Origin: Candidatus Omnitrophota bacterium
Lineage (GTDB): Bacteria > Omnitrophota > Gorgyraeia > Zapsychrales > JAHFFX01
Assembly: GCA_023247705.1 (NCBI GenBank)
Contig: JAHFFY010000001.1
Location: forward strand, 33,358 to 97,357
DNA: 64,000 nt
Direction: 5' to 3'
Part shown: positions 37,394 to 47,419 of the stretch, in pieces
Position numbering within the stretch: position 1 is the first letter of the stretch
Layout: each line of letters opens with the position of its first letter
Made by a program: the position numbers and the translations under genes
Notes under the pieces: model-generated
The model's database searches: none
Seen by the model: only the letters and a program-made list of their open reading frames with translations
What the model was told of the DNA's origin: nothing

Positions 37394-38566
37394 ATGAAAA
37401 AAATTCTGCTTCTATCAACGAATGCCGATGACGCACGTATTCTTCTTTGGTGTATGAGAGAAGCAAATTATGACTGTGTTGTGGCTGGTAATTTATCTCA
37501 GAATCGCGAATTGGAACATTTTCCTTTATGTCATAAACTTTATGCGATCCCAGAACAGTGGAGTATTGAGAAGAGGTCTCCGGAAATAATCCCCATTCTA
37601 GGGTCGATTATGGCGCATGAAAAAACCAGTATTTTATTGCCTACGGGATTTGAAAGTATAAAATTTTTAAGTCAGCATTACGAGAATGTCAAAAAATTTG
37701 GTCCGGTTATTCCTCTCCCAACGCTTGCGATGATCGATACCTTAAGCAATAAATTCAGTTTTGCGAAATTTTGTAAAGAGAATGATATCCCTCATCCGGA
37801 TATTTATCTTTTGGAAGATCTCGCGGTGGTTAGAGATAAAAAATTGCCTATTCGGTTTCCGTTATTAACCAAACCCTTGTCGATGTCAGCAGGGAAAGGG
37901 ATTTATGTGTTTCATAATGGAGATGAACTTTATAAATATCTGCAAGAAGGTCGCAGTGACCTATCCAATGCGCTGCCGTTGTTATTGCAAGAGTTCATTC
38001 CTGGACAAGATATTGATTTTAATGGTTTCGCACAAGATGGCCGTTTATGCGCCTGGACGATCCAAAAGGCGATTGAAATTCCTAGGGGCGACAAAGAACC
38101 TCTGCGCTGGATCCAATTTTTGCCTAATGACGAGGTCAAGAACATCGGAGAAAGGATCATCGAAAAGAGTGGATACTCCGGCCCAATCCATATTGATATG
38201 CGGGTGGATGAACGCAACGGCCAGGTAAAGTCGATCGAGATTAATCCGCGTTTTTGGGCGAGCACGTTTTATTCGATTTGCGACGGCGTCAATTTCCCGG
38301 CGATCGCAGTCCAATGCACCTGGGATCGTCAATACACCGCGACACCGAACAATTCCCATCGCATCTGGGGAACGCCGCATCGTATTCCACTTTTATTCTT
38401 ACAATATAAAGATTTAATCTTTCTTAAGTACGGTCTGCAGCATACTTGGTTGCAGGTGAAATTTGAGATTTTGAATCGTTATTTTAATTTTATCCAAAAT
38501 TATAATCAAAAGAATAAGAACGGTCATAAGAGTAATATTGCGGCTTTAGCCAATACAATTAAATGA
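37394..38566 (+). CDS. ATP-grasp domain protein (carboxylate-amine ligase), paralogue of 22525..23730
   Basis: IEINPRFWAS; ATP-grasp central domain with Gly-rich loop. Confidence 0.6.
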   Translation: MKKILLLSTNADDARILLWCMREANYDCVVAGNLSQNRELEHFPLCHKLYAIPEQWSIEKRSPEIIPILGSIMAHEKTSILLPTGFESIKFLSQHYENVKKFGPVIPLPTLAMIDTLSNKFSFAKFCKENDIPHPDIYLLEDLAVVRDKKLPIRFPLLTKPLSMSAGKGIYVFHNGDELYKYLQEGRSDLSNALPLLLQEFIPGQDIDFNGFAQDGRLCAWTIQKAIEIPRGDKEPLRWIQFLPNDEVKNIGERIIEKSGYSGPIHIDMRVDERNGQVKSIEINPRFWASTFYSICDGVNFPAIAVQCTWDRQYTATPNNSHRIWGTPHRIPLLFLQYKDLIFLKYGLQHTWLQVKFEILNRYFNFIQNYNQKNKNGHKSNIAALANTIK

Positions 38567-38703
38567 TTCTGCGCTAGATCATGACAGCTTATCTGTGTTA
38601 TTCATTAATCCGCAGAAAAGATGGGAAGCGGGTTTGAAAGTATTAATTTTTTATTGAAAATAGGCTAGCGAAAACGGTTTAATTTTAGAGAGAGACAGAA
38701 AAT

Positions 38704-40044
38704 ATGATCGGAACACTAAAAATTATAACGCCAATAATATTTTATTTCATTGGCATCATGTTCATTTTTGTCTCTTTTTCCGGAAAAGTGCGGTGGACGA
38801 TCTTGTTTATTACCTTTTTGTTGCCTTTACAAAATATTATCGATAAGTTGCAGCAATTTCCTTTTGGTAAAGATTATATTGATATCTTGCTCATTGCGAT
38901 GACATTTGGATGGGTCGTTGACGCTGCTCAATACAAGCGGAAAACGTTTGAGAAATCACCGATCAATACTATTGCGATTGTACTCATGTGCTATATCTAT
39001 TTGTCATTATGGAATGGGTATCTTTATTTGCACTATTTTGCCCCATTTGATCTATCGGATCCTCGGTTGAAATCCTGCAAAAATTTTCTTATTTTACCGT
39101 TTTTATATTTTTTGACATTTAATAATATCCATGACAAAAAATGGGTTTGGCGAACGTTTGCCATGATGTGTTTATCGATGGTATTTATGAATTACTATCT
39201 TCTGCGTCAGATTGAGATGTTTTCCACCATCACCTCCCGGGATAAAATACATGGCACATTCGTTGATCTTGGCCCCAATGAAATCGCGGCATTTTACAAT
39301 CAATACTCTATGATCTTGTTGAGCATCATCTTTTTTATGAAGAACAATTTAAAAAAAATTTTATTGTTTATACTTTTTTGTGTAAATATTTTTTGCGTCG
39401 CCTTTCTTTTTTCTCGCGGGGCTTATTTAGGACTTGTGGCAGGATTGTTTTTCCTCTTTGCCATCAAACGAAAAGTTCTTCTTATCCCGCTTATTTTAGC
39501 GCTCTTGGCCTGGCAAACTGTTTTGCCGGCTAACGTAAAAGCCCGAATTGAAATGACCACCAATGCGCAAGGGGAATTGGACCCTTCGGCGCAAGGTCGT
39601 ATCATCATCTGGGAGCAAAGTATCTCGTTATTCAAAAGTCAGCCTATTTTTGGTGTCGGGTATGCCGTATTCCGCGAGTTAGGATACGGGTTGGGAGATA
39701 CACACAATATTTATCTGAAAATACTGACGGAACAGGGAGTCATTGGATTTATTATATTTCTGGTTCTTATCGGGACATTGTTTCGGGAGGGCTGGAAACT
39801 ATTCAAACGGGGGGACGATGATATGTCGAAGGCTTTGGGATTAGGTTTTGCCGCGTGTATCATTGTTCTGCTGGTTAATAATCTTTTTGGAAACCGCTGG
39901 ACTCATCCTGTGTTAAGTTCTTATTTTTGGATCATTGCTGGCTTAGTGGCTCGTTGCAATGTGTTAGCGGATCAATCGAATAAAGAACAACATCCTAATC
40001 GGAAAAAAAGAGAAAGAAGCCCGAGACTTTATGGAAGAATCTAG
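38704..40044 (+). CDS. O-antigen ligase/polymerase-like (Wzy_C) membrane protein, exosortase-locus associated
   Basis: About 10-12 TM helices; Wzy_C-like loop (FSRGAYLGLVAGLFF ... periplasmic loop with R/H residues). Confidence 0.65.
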   Translation: MIGTLKIITPIIFYFIGIMFIFVSFSGKVRWTILFITFLLPLQNIIDKLQQFPFGKDYIDILLIAMTFGWVVDAAQYKRKTFEKSPINTIAIVLMCYIYLSLWNGYLYLHYFAPFDLSDPRLKSCKNFLILPFLYFLTFNNIHDKKWVWRTFAMMCLSMVFMNYYLLRQIEMFSTITSRDKIHGTFVDLGPNEIAAFYNQYSMILLSIIFFMKNNLKKILLFILFCVNIFCVAFLFSRGAYLGLVAGLFFLFAIKRKVLLIPLILALLAWQTVLPANVKARIEMTTNAQGELDPSAQGRIIIWEQSISLFKSQPIFGVGYAVFRELGYGLGDTHNIYLKILTEQGVIGFIIFLVLIGTLFREGWKLFKRGDDDMSKALGLGFAACIIVLLVNNLFGNRWTHPVLSSYFWIIAGLVARCNVLADQSNKEQHPNRKKRERSPRLYGRI

Positions 40045-41176
40045 TCCAATTCCAAAATATCATGTTCTTTTTCTGACGGATTGCTGTCCGGATCTTGCGG
40101 GAGGAGCGGAAAAACAAATTTATGAACTCAGTAAAAGAATCAACCCGAAATTATTCCGGGTTACGGTGATCAGCCTGGATCCTCAAGGCGTTATTCCACA
40201 GCATTTATTTAATGCCGTTGGATGCCAGATCAAAAATTTTCCAGTTAAAAAAATGTACGGACTATCGGGTATTTTACAAGGGATTCATTTTATTAAATTC
40301 TTAAAAAAAGAAAAAGTGGATATTGTTCTGACTTATCATTTTTGCTCTGATATCTGGGGATGCATTTTTGCGCATTTGGCCGGAGTGAAGCTGGTCGTTT
40401 CGAATCGAAGAGATATGGGGTTTTGGCGCAAAAGTTGGCATACCCTTGCTTATCGGATGATTCAACATTGGATAAATAAAATTATCGTGGTCTCTCATTC
40501 GGTCAAAGAAATTGTCAAGAAAACAGAAAATGTTCCTGATGATAAAATACAGGTCATTTATAACGGAATCGATCTTTCTGAAAATGGTCCCCCAAGCACA
40601 CCCGTCGTGTCTTTAAAGAAACAACTTGGAATCAATATGGATGAACCTGTTGTGATGCATGTCGCAAATTTTAAAACTGTTAAAGGACATGATTATTTAT
40701 TAGAGGCTATGGTTTCGGTGGTGAAGTCTGTTCCGAAAGTCAAGTTAGTTCTCATTGGTGAAGATGAAATGAACGGACGACTTCAGAATCTGGCTGTGCA
40801 ATTAGGGATCGATAAGAATTTGCTTTTTCTCGGCAAACGGGATGATGTCCAGAATTTATTACCCATGGCAGACATTTGTGTTTTGCCGTCCTTAAGCGAA
40901 GGGATGTCGAACGCTATTCTTGAATACATGAAATGGGGGAAGCCGGTGATTGCAACGCAAGTTGGAGGAAACCCAGAACTCATTGAAGAAGGACGAAGCG
41001 GACTGCTCGTTCCACCGAGAAATTCTCAAAGTTTAGGAATGGCCATGATCCATCTGCTTCGAGATCCCTTTTTATGCCGACAAATGGGAAAAAACGCAAG
41101 AAAAAGAGTAGAAGAGATATTTACGATCGAAAAAATGGTTCAAAACTACGAACAGCTTTTTGAATCTCTCATCTAA
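40031..41176 (+). CDS. Family 4 glycosyltransferase
   Basis: GT-B; EGMSNAILEYMKWGKPVI (EX7E). Confidence 0.8.
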   Translation: MEESSPIPKYHVLFLTDCCPDLAGGAEKQIYELSKRINPKLFRVTVISLDPQGVIPQHLFNAVGCQIKNFPVKKMYGLSGILQGIHFIKFLKKEKVDIVLTYHFCSDIWGCIFAHLAGVKLVVSNRRDMGFWRKSWHTLAYRMIQHWINKIIVVSHSVKEIVKKTENVPDDKIQVIYNGIDLSENGPPSTPVVSLKKQLGINMDEPVVMHVANFKTVKGHDYLLEAMVSVVKSVPKVKLVLIGEDEMNGRLQNLAVQLGIDKNLLFLGKRDDVQNLLPMADICVLPSLSEGMSNAILEYMKWGKPVIATQVGGNPELIEEGRSGLLVPPRNSQSLGMAMIHLLRDPFLCRQMGKNARKRVEEIFTIEKMVQNYEQLFESLI

Positions 41177-41187
41177 TATGATTTCGC

Positions 41188-43089
41188 ATGGATACGATGC
41201 CAAAACGATTAACTGCAATTATTTCAATTTTCCTAATTTTATTAGCAGAAATATGTGCTGCGTCCTATATTGATACATTTCTATATTCATTTCATCGCAG
41301 GTTGTTAGTTTCGCGTTTTGTTTTTTTCTTAGTCGTGATGCTGAGTTTGTCTGTAGCGGTGCGATTAAAATCGAAGATAGCCGTTTTCGTGAGAGAATTC
41401 TTTTCAACGCCTGAACATCCTTTGAACTTGGCCGTTTTTCGGGTCGTTTTATTCGGGACGCTCTACCAAAGTTCGGATCTCGTCCAGTTGATTCAATTCA
41501 GCCAAATCCCTTCGGTCTTGATTTTCCCTCCGTTCGGTACAGAATGGATTCTTCGGTTTCTTCCGATCAATACCCATTTGGCGATTATCAGCTGGGTTAT
41601 TTTTCGTATTTTTTGCTTAAGCGCTATGATCGGTTATTGCACGCGCATTAGTATTTTAGGGACAATTCTTTCAGCGCTATATGTCTTGGGGATTCCCCAA
41701 TTTTTTGGCAAAGTTGATCATCCCTATCTTCACCTCATTTGGTTCGCCATGATTTTAAGCGTCAGTCCGTGTGCAGATCTTGGGTCAGTCGATGCATTAT
41801 TAACGTTAAAGAAGACGAAAGCTGTCAGCTTAAGAAAAATAACCCCATCTCTTGAATATGCATTACCATTACGCTTTGTCTGGTTACTCATAGGGATAAT
41901 TTATTTTTTTCCTGGCGTTTGGAAGTTATGGAAGGGTGGTTTTGATTGGGCACTGAGCGAGAATATACAATTCACGCTTTACCTTAAATGGTATGAATTT
42001 TCTGATTGGGTTTCTTCATTTCGGTTGGATCACCATCCCATTCTTTATCGCCTTTTTGGACTTGGAGCGATTGTTTTTGAACTCTCATTCATTTTCTTGA
42101 TTTTTCTACCGCGTATGCGTCTTTGGATTGCCGGTATAGGACTTTTATTCCATAATTTGACCAATCTTGTCTTTCGTATTTCCTTCTGGAATTTACAAAC
42201 CTGTTACGTTGCCTTTGTCAATTGGCATCAGGTTTTTCAAAAGATAGGGAAGAGGTTCTCTAGAGAAAAATTATATGTCATCTATGATGGACACTGTTCT
42301 TTTTGCATACAAACCGTCAACTGCTTGCAGATGTTTGATGTATTTGATCAATTGATATGTGTCAATGCGAATGATAGAAATCAATTAAATGTGCATCCCT
42401 TGTCTGGGCTTGATCGAGAGGCTATTTTAAAGGACATGCATGTTGTCGATGGAAAAAATGTTTATTTGGGTTTTTCCGCTTACCGTGCTTTAGCCAGACG
42501 GATTCCCATATGCTGGATATTCCTGCCGTTTTGCTATCTTGGTTTTGTGAATCGGATCGGCAATCAAGTTTACCGAACGATTGCGGATCATCGTCAATGT
42601 GCGATCAATGTGAACAAAACCTTTGAGGCCCAATCCCATCCCTTGCCTGGGTCTTCTTTAAATGGCATCGTTGTGGTCGGGATATTATCAGTATTGATGA
42701 ATATTTATGTTGGGACCAAACAGATCACCCAGGGCTGGCCGTTTGCCTGTTATCCTACCTTTTCTGATCTCGCCCATGGCACAACAACGACGATCGAGAT
42801 AGAAGCGGATAGTTTTAACGGCAAGAAAGTTGTCTTAACTCAACATCAAATGAGTAATAATTTTGAAGAACATCGTTTTCGCGGATTGTTAAGTAAAATC
42901 CTGGCAACCAAGGATAAAAAGCTACAAGAAATGCAACTAAACGCTTTATGGACACTTTACACGCGATATAATTCTCATTTAGGGAATATCAAGACTGTTT
43001 ACTTCTATCGTGTTGAACGGCTAACTTCTCCCGAAATGAAAAAACATAATTTGCTGAAACGAGAATTAATTCTGGTGAACGAATTTTAA
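41188..43089 (+). CDS. Multi-pass membrane protein: HTTM (gamma-carboxylase-like) domain fused to DCC-family thiol-disulfide oxidoreductase (DUF393) plus unknown C-terminal domain
   Basis: N-terminal ~330 aa polytopic with HTTM-like conserved stretch; middle LYVIYDGHCSFCIQTV (DGxCxxC of the DCC family); ~150-aa C-terminal domain of unknown function. Confidence 0.5.
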   Translation: MDTMPKRLTAIISIFLILLAEICAASYIDTFLYSFHRRLLVSRFVFFLVVMLSLSVAVRLKSKIAVFVREFFSTPEHPLNLAVFRVVLFGTLYQSSDLVQLIQFSQIPSVLIFPPFGTEWILRFLPINTHLAIISWVIFRIFCLSAMIGYCTRISILGTILSALYVLGIPQFFGKVDHPYLHLIWFAMILSVSPCADLGSVDALLTLKKTKAVSLRKITPSLEYALPLRFVWLLIGIIYFFPGVWKLWKGGFDWALSENIQFTLYLKWYEFSDWVSSFRLDHHPILYRLFGLGAIVFELSFIFLIFLPRMRLWIAGIGLLFHNLTNLVFRISFWNLQTCYVAFVNWHQVFQKIGKRFSREKLYVIYDGHCSFCIQTVNCLQMFDVFDQLICVNANDRNQLNVHPLSGLDREAILKDMHVVDGKNVYLGFSAYRALARRIPICWIFLPFCYLGFVNRIGNQVYRTIADHRQCAINVNKTFEAQSHPLPGSSLNGIVVVGILSVLMNIYVGTKQITQGWPFACYPTFSDLAHGTTTTIEIEADSFNGKKVVLTQHQMSNNFEEHRFRGLLSKILATKDKKLQEMQLNALWTLYTRYNSHLGNIKTVYFYRVERLTSPEMKKHNLLKRELILVNEF

Positions 43090-43091
43090 AT

Positions 43092-44234
43092 ATGTATATA
43101 AGCGCATTCCCTACGTTAACCATAAAAACATTGTTTAATCCATTCCCGCAGCGGTCCTGGGATAGACATTTCCCTTTTCAAAAACCTATTTTTTTCTATC
43201 GGGGAGCGAATGCGGTTTGGAGTGCGGTTAAAATTTTAAAGTTGCCGCCCCAATCCCATGTCTTGGTCCCAGCCTATCATTGCGGGGTCGAAATAAGCGC
43301 AGTCCTGAAAGCAGGCGGATTCATTCAGTTTTATAATATTAAAAACGATTTGCTGGTTGATTTGGAGGATATCCAGCGAAAAATAAATCATGAAACAAAG
43401 GCGATTCTTGTGATTCACTATTTCGGATTTCCGCAACCCATCCGGGAAATTAAACGACTCTGCGATTCAAAAAAAATATTTTTAATCGAAGATTGCGCCC
43501 ACGCTTTGTTCGGCCGCATTCCAGAAGGAATGTTAGGCAGTTTTGGAGATGCCAGTATTTTCAGTTTTCAGAAAAGTCTTCCGGTCGCGGATGGAGGGGC
43601 GATGATCCTCAAGAAGGAAAAACTTGAAGAATCCCGGATGTTAAGACAACCGCCGGGATTAACCGTCCTGAGAGGTCTGAGCGTTTTATGGATGGAACAT
43701 CTAAAAATGTTCCATCAAACTGTTTATCAATTTTTAGAAGGATTCATTTTTAACCCTCTTCGGTATTTATTGAAACAATTAAAGAAAATTCCGACCGAAT
43801 CATTTCAAATTAAGACAGCAAGCACGCATGAATTTGACGAAGGACTGACCGTTCTTGGCATGTCGAATGTTTCCTTGAAGATCAGTCAAAACATTGATCC
43901 TGATCTTGTGATTCAAAAGCGCAGAAAAAATTTTCAATTTCTAAAAGAAGGATTAAAGAATGTTAAAGGAATTGCATTCCTTTATCACGATTTAGCAGAA
44001 GGGATTTGTCCTTTGTTTTTTCCGATCTTAGCGGATGATCGGAATTTTTTGCAGGAGAGACTAAATCAGAAATCAATCGGAACATTTATCTTCGGCAAGA
44101 TACTTCATCCCCATCTGCCGCGGGAAAAATTTCCGTCGGCTGAATTTGTTTCGAACAAAAACCTTTGTTTCCCCATTCATCAGGATTTAGACGAAATTCA
44201 TCTAAAATATATGATCGAAGCGATCACAGAATGA
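43092..44234 (+). CDS. DegT/DnrJ/EryC1/StrS-family PLP-dependent sugar aminotransferase-like protein
   Basis: HYFGFPQPI...IEDCAHALFG...SFGDASIFSFQKSLP resembles the DegT family core, with a candidate PLP Lys in FSFQK. Confidence 0.5.
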   Translation: MYISAFPTLTIKTLFNPFPQRSWDRHFPFQKPIFFYRGANAVWSAVKILKLPPQSHVLVPAYHCGVEISAVLKAGGFIQFYNIKNDLLVDLEDIQRKINHETKAILVIHYFGFPQPIREIKRLCDSKKIFLIEDCAHALFGRIPEGMLGSFGDASIFSFQKSLPVADGGAMILKKEKLEESRMLRQPPGLTVLRGLSVLWMEHLKMFHQTVYQFLEGFIFNPLRYLLKQLKKIPTESFQIKTASTHEFDEGLTVLGMSNVSLKISQNIDPDLVIQKRRKNFQFLKEGLKNVKGIAFLYHDLAEGICPLFFPILADDRNFLQERLNQKSIGTFIFGKILHPHLPREKFPSAEFVSNKNLCFPIHQDLDEIHLKYMIEAITE

Positions 44235-44235
44235 T

Positions 44236-45390
44236 ATGCGTATTGCTCATCTGATCAGCAGTAGCGGTTTTTTTGGAGCGGAGAAGGTTGTCTTAACCTT
44301 AGCCGAGGCCTTTTCCACGAAAGGAACGATGACATCCTTGGGAACAAGGCTGGATTTTGTTTCGATTGGGACACTGTTAGATCAACGACAACCGAATCTT
44401 ACCTTGCTGGAAAAGGCAAGAGAGAGAAAAATCTCAACTTTTACTCTCGAAAGTAGAGGCCGGTTTGATTTTCGTCCTGTATCGCAGTTGAAAGCTTATC
44501 TCAAGGTGAATAAAATCGACGTTCTTCACACGCATAATTATAAATCAGACTTGATTGGTTTTTGGGCAGCCCAATCCGCTGGGATCCCGGTTGTCGCCAC
44601 CGCGCACGGCTTTACTGATATGACGCAGACCGTGAGCATTTACGAAGGGTTGGACCGCTGGATGTTGAAACATTTTTTTGGAAAAGTGGTTGTGGTGACG
44701 AACCAGTTGTTGAAGGATTTTCCCGTTAAAAAGCGAGTGGTTATTCCTAATGGTGTTTTGCTGAATGATCAGAACTCAAATCGCATAAGACAAGATCTCC
44801 GACGAACTTTGGGCGTCAAAGATCAGGATTATCTTGTTGCGACCATAGGCCGGCTGAGCAAAGAAAAAAATCAGATCTTGTTTCTGGAAGCGGCACAGCA
44901 GTTGATTACGCGGCATCGTCATGTCAAATTTCTTATTGTTGGATCAGGACCAGAAGAACATAAATTAAAGCAAAAAGCGGAACAAATGAGATTATCAGCG
45001 AATGTGATATTCACCGGATTAATCAGTGATATATCCCCGATTTATCAAGCGATTGATTTGTTTGTTTTGTCATCACTGACGGAAGGAATTCCCATGACGA
45101 TCTTGGAGGCGATGGCCTCGCGCGTTCCTGTCGTTGCCACTCGGGTTGGAGGGGTTCCAGAATTGATTGATGATCGTAAAACTGGCTTGCTGGTTCCGTC
45201 AAATAATGCATTAAAACTTGCCGATCGGATCGAAGCCTTGATGTTGAATCAAGGTCTACAAAAAGAACTGACCATAAACGCATTTGAATTGGTCAAATCC
45301 AAATTTTCTTTAGACTCTATGGTGGAATCGTATCGAAAAGTATACCAAGACATTCTGCAGTCCCAAAAACTCATGGCGAAAGGCATTTAA
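44236..45390 (+). CDS. Family 4 glycosyltransferase
   Basis: GT-B; EGIPMTILEAMASRVPVV (EX7E). Confidence 0.8.
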   Translation: MRIAHLISSSGFFGAEKVVLTLAEAFSTKGTMTSLGTRLDFVSIGTLLDQRQPNLTLLEKARERKISTFTLESRGRFDFRPVSQLKAYLKVNKIDVLHTHNYKSDLIGFWAAQSAGIPVVATAHGFTDMTQTVSIYEGLDRWMLKHFFGKVVVVTNQLLKDFPVKKRVVIPNGVLLNDQNSNRIRQDLRRTLGVKDQDYLVATIGRLSKEKNQILFLEAAQQLITRHRHVKFLIVGSGPEEHKLKQKAEQMRLSANVIFTGLISDISPIYQAIDLFVLSSLTEGIPMTILEAMASRVPVVATRVGGVPELIDDRKTGLLVPSNNALKLADRIEALMLNQGLQKELTINAFELVKSKFSLDSMVESYRKVYQDILQSQKLMAKGI

Positions 45391-45453
45391 ACATTTCATT
45401 GATCAATTTGAGAAAGGTCAAATTTAAGTTGGGATAGGAGGTTATCAAATATC

Positions 45454-46650
45454 ATGAAGATTTTATTTGTTGCACCCCGTTTACCCGTCCCGGCTGATAC
45501 GGGAGGAAAAATTCGGACATTCAATCTTTTAAAACAAATCGCGAAAAAAGCCGAGACCAGATTGGTTTGTTTTTCCTTTGAGAAGGAAGATAAGGGACTG
45601 GCCAATGAGCTCGATAAAAATTTAGGTATTTTAACCTCCCTGATTCCGATGCTGCCGCTGGGGTTGATCAATAATATCAAAAATGTCTTAGCCGATCCTT
45701 TGCCGTATTCCATCATCAAATATTATTCACCGGCCATGGAGGAGACTTTAACCTCTTTCAAAGCAATCGGAACATTTGACGCGGTTCATATCGATCATTT
45801 GCATATGGGACATTACATCAAGTGTTTGAGTCCATTACCATGTATTCTGGATGAACATAATGTCGAATATAGAATTCTGGAACGTTGCGCCAAATTTGAA
45901 CGCTCATTTTTCAAACGGTGTTTTTTTTCACAACAAGTTCTCAAAATGAAAACCTTTGAAGCGAGTAAAATTCAGGAATGTTCTCAATTCTGCGCTGTCT
46001 CTGATGATGATCGTAAGGATCTTTTGACATTAGGCCAGGGAAAAGCCAAAGGACACACCATTGCTAATGGAGTGGATACGGAATATTTTCATCCTCAGGC
46101 GTTTACTTCTATGGAGGAAGAATCGTCCTTGGTTTTTACCGGATCGATGGACTGGTTGCCGAACGAAGATGCGGTCTTGTTTTTTTGCAAGGACATTCTG
46201 CCTCTGATCTGGAAAGATAAACCCGAGGTCAAATTTTATGTGGTGGGTAAGGCGCCTTCATCTGCGATCCAAGAACTTGCGCGCAAAGACCCCCGGATCA
46301 TCGTCACCGGTCGGGTCGATGATGTTCGTCCCATTATGGCGAAAGCAAAGGTTTTTGTTGTTCCGATGAGAGTTGGCGGGGGGACGCGATTGAAGATTCT
46401 GGAAGCCATGGCGATGCAAAAGGCCGTAGTCTCCACAAAAGTCGGAGCGGAAGGGATCCAATACACAGAAGGTAAAAATATCCTCATTGGAGATTCTCCT
46501 GAGGCATTTGCAAAGCAGGTGATTGCGGCTCTCAATGATTCGGCTAAAACCACTGAAATCGGAATTCTAGCAAGAGACCTGGTTTGTCGACAATATGATT
46601 GGAACAGTATTGGTGAACGATTATGGAGCATTTATGCAAAATTCGCCTAA
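45454..46650 (+). CDS. Family 4 glycosyltransferase (PEP-CTERM locus sugar-transferase type)
   Basis: GT-B; GGTRLKILEAMAMQKAVV. Confidence 0.75.
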   Translation: MKILFVAPRLPVPADTGGKIRTFNLLKQIAKKAETRLVCFSFEKEDKGLANELDKNLGILTSLIPMLPLGLINNIKNVLADPLPYSIIKYYSPAMEETLTSFKAIGTFDAVHIDHLHMGHYIKCLSPLPCILDEHNVEYRILERCAKFERSFFKRCFFSQQVLKMKTFEASKIQECSQFCAVSDDDRKDLLTLGQGKAKGHTIANGVDTEYFHPQAFTSMEEESSLVFTGSMDWLPNEDAVLFFCKDILPLIWKDKPEVKFYVVGKAPSSAIQELARKDPRIIVTGRVDDVRPIMAKAKVFVVPMRVGGGTRLKILEAMAMQKAVVSTKVGAEGIQYTEGKNILIGDSPEAFAKQVIAALNDSAKTTEIGILARDLVCRQYDWNSIGERLWSIYAKFA

Positions 46651-47419
46651 GCAAAATCCGATCGTGTTAATGTACCATGGCATCATCAGCCATCCGGATT
46701 CCATCCCAAATAATAGAGAACCGGGAGCGGACTTATATGATGTTTCGCTGGATCAATTTAATGCACAGATGGAATTTATAAAAACGTATGGGTATCCTGT
46801 GGTTAGGTTTGGTCATGAGGACGATCTCGGAAAGAAGAGAAATGTCGTAATGACATTCGACGATGGCGAGAGCAATAATTTTGATGGCGCGTTTGCTGTT
46901 CTCAGGAAGTTCGGCTTTCCGGCTTATTTCTTTGTAATCGTGCATCGGATTGGACGTCCCGGTTATATGAGCTGGGAAATGCTTCACGAATTAATTGCTA
47001 ATGGGATGATCATTGGATCACACGGTCTAAGTCACGCAATTTTAACTCAATGCACAAATCGGCAAATCGAAGAAGAGTTTACAGAATCCAAATCTATTTT
47101 AGAAAAAAATTTGAATTCCCAGGTGAATGATTTTTCTGTTCCCCGGGGTTTTTATAACGCAAGGGTTATCGAGGCCGCACGGAGGGCTGGTTATAAAAAT
47201 ATTTTTATCTCCACTAAACTTACGAACGAAGCCGATCATGGTATTGAACGAATCGCCATCAAGAGAAACTGGACGATGGAACGTTTTCAACAGAGTTTAG
47301 AAGGCCGAGTCTCTCTTGGCGAAATTATCTTGGATTTGATCAAAACTACTTGCAAAAAATTTTTCGGCGGGGCGATTTACAATCGTATCAGAAATAAATT
47401 ACTCGGTTCAAAATTATGA
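46634..47419 (+). CDS. Polysaccharide deacetylase (NodB-homology domain), second copy
   Basis: VMTFDDGESNN plus His motifs. An ATG at 46634 is plausible; the track ORF starts at 46595. Confidence 0.7.
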   Translation: MQNSPKQNPIVLMYHGIISHPDSIPNNREPGADLYDVSLDQFNAQMEFIKTYGYPVVRFGHEDDLGKKRNVVMTFDDGESNNFDGAFAVLRKFGFPAYFFVIVHRIGRPGYMSWEMLHELIANGMIIGSHGLSHAILTQCTNRQIEEEFTESKSILEKNLNSQVNDFSVPRGFYNARVIEAARRAGYKNIFISTKLTNEADHGIERIAIKRNWTMERFQQSLEGRVSLGEIILDLIKTTCKKFFGGAIYNRIRNKLLGSKL

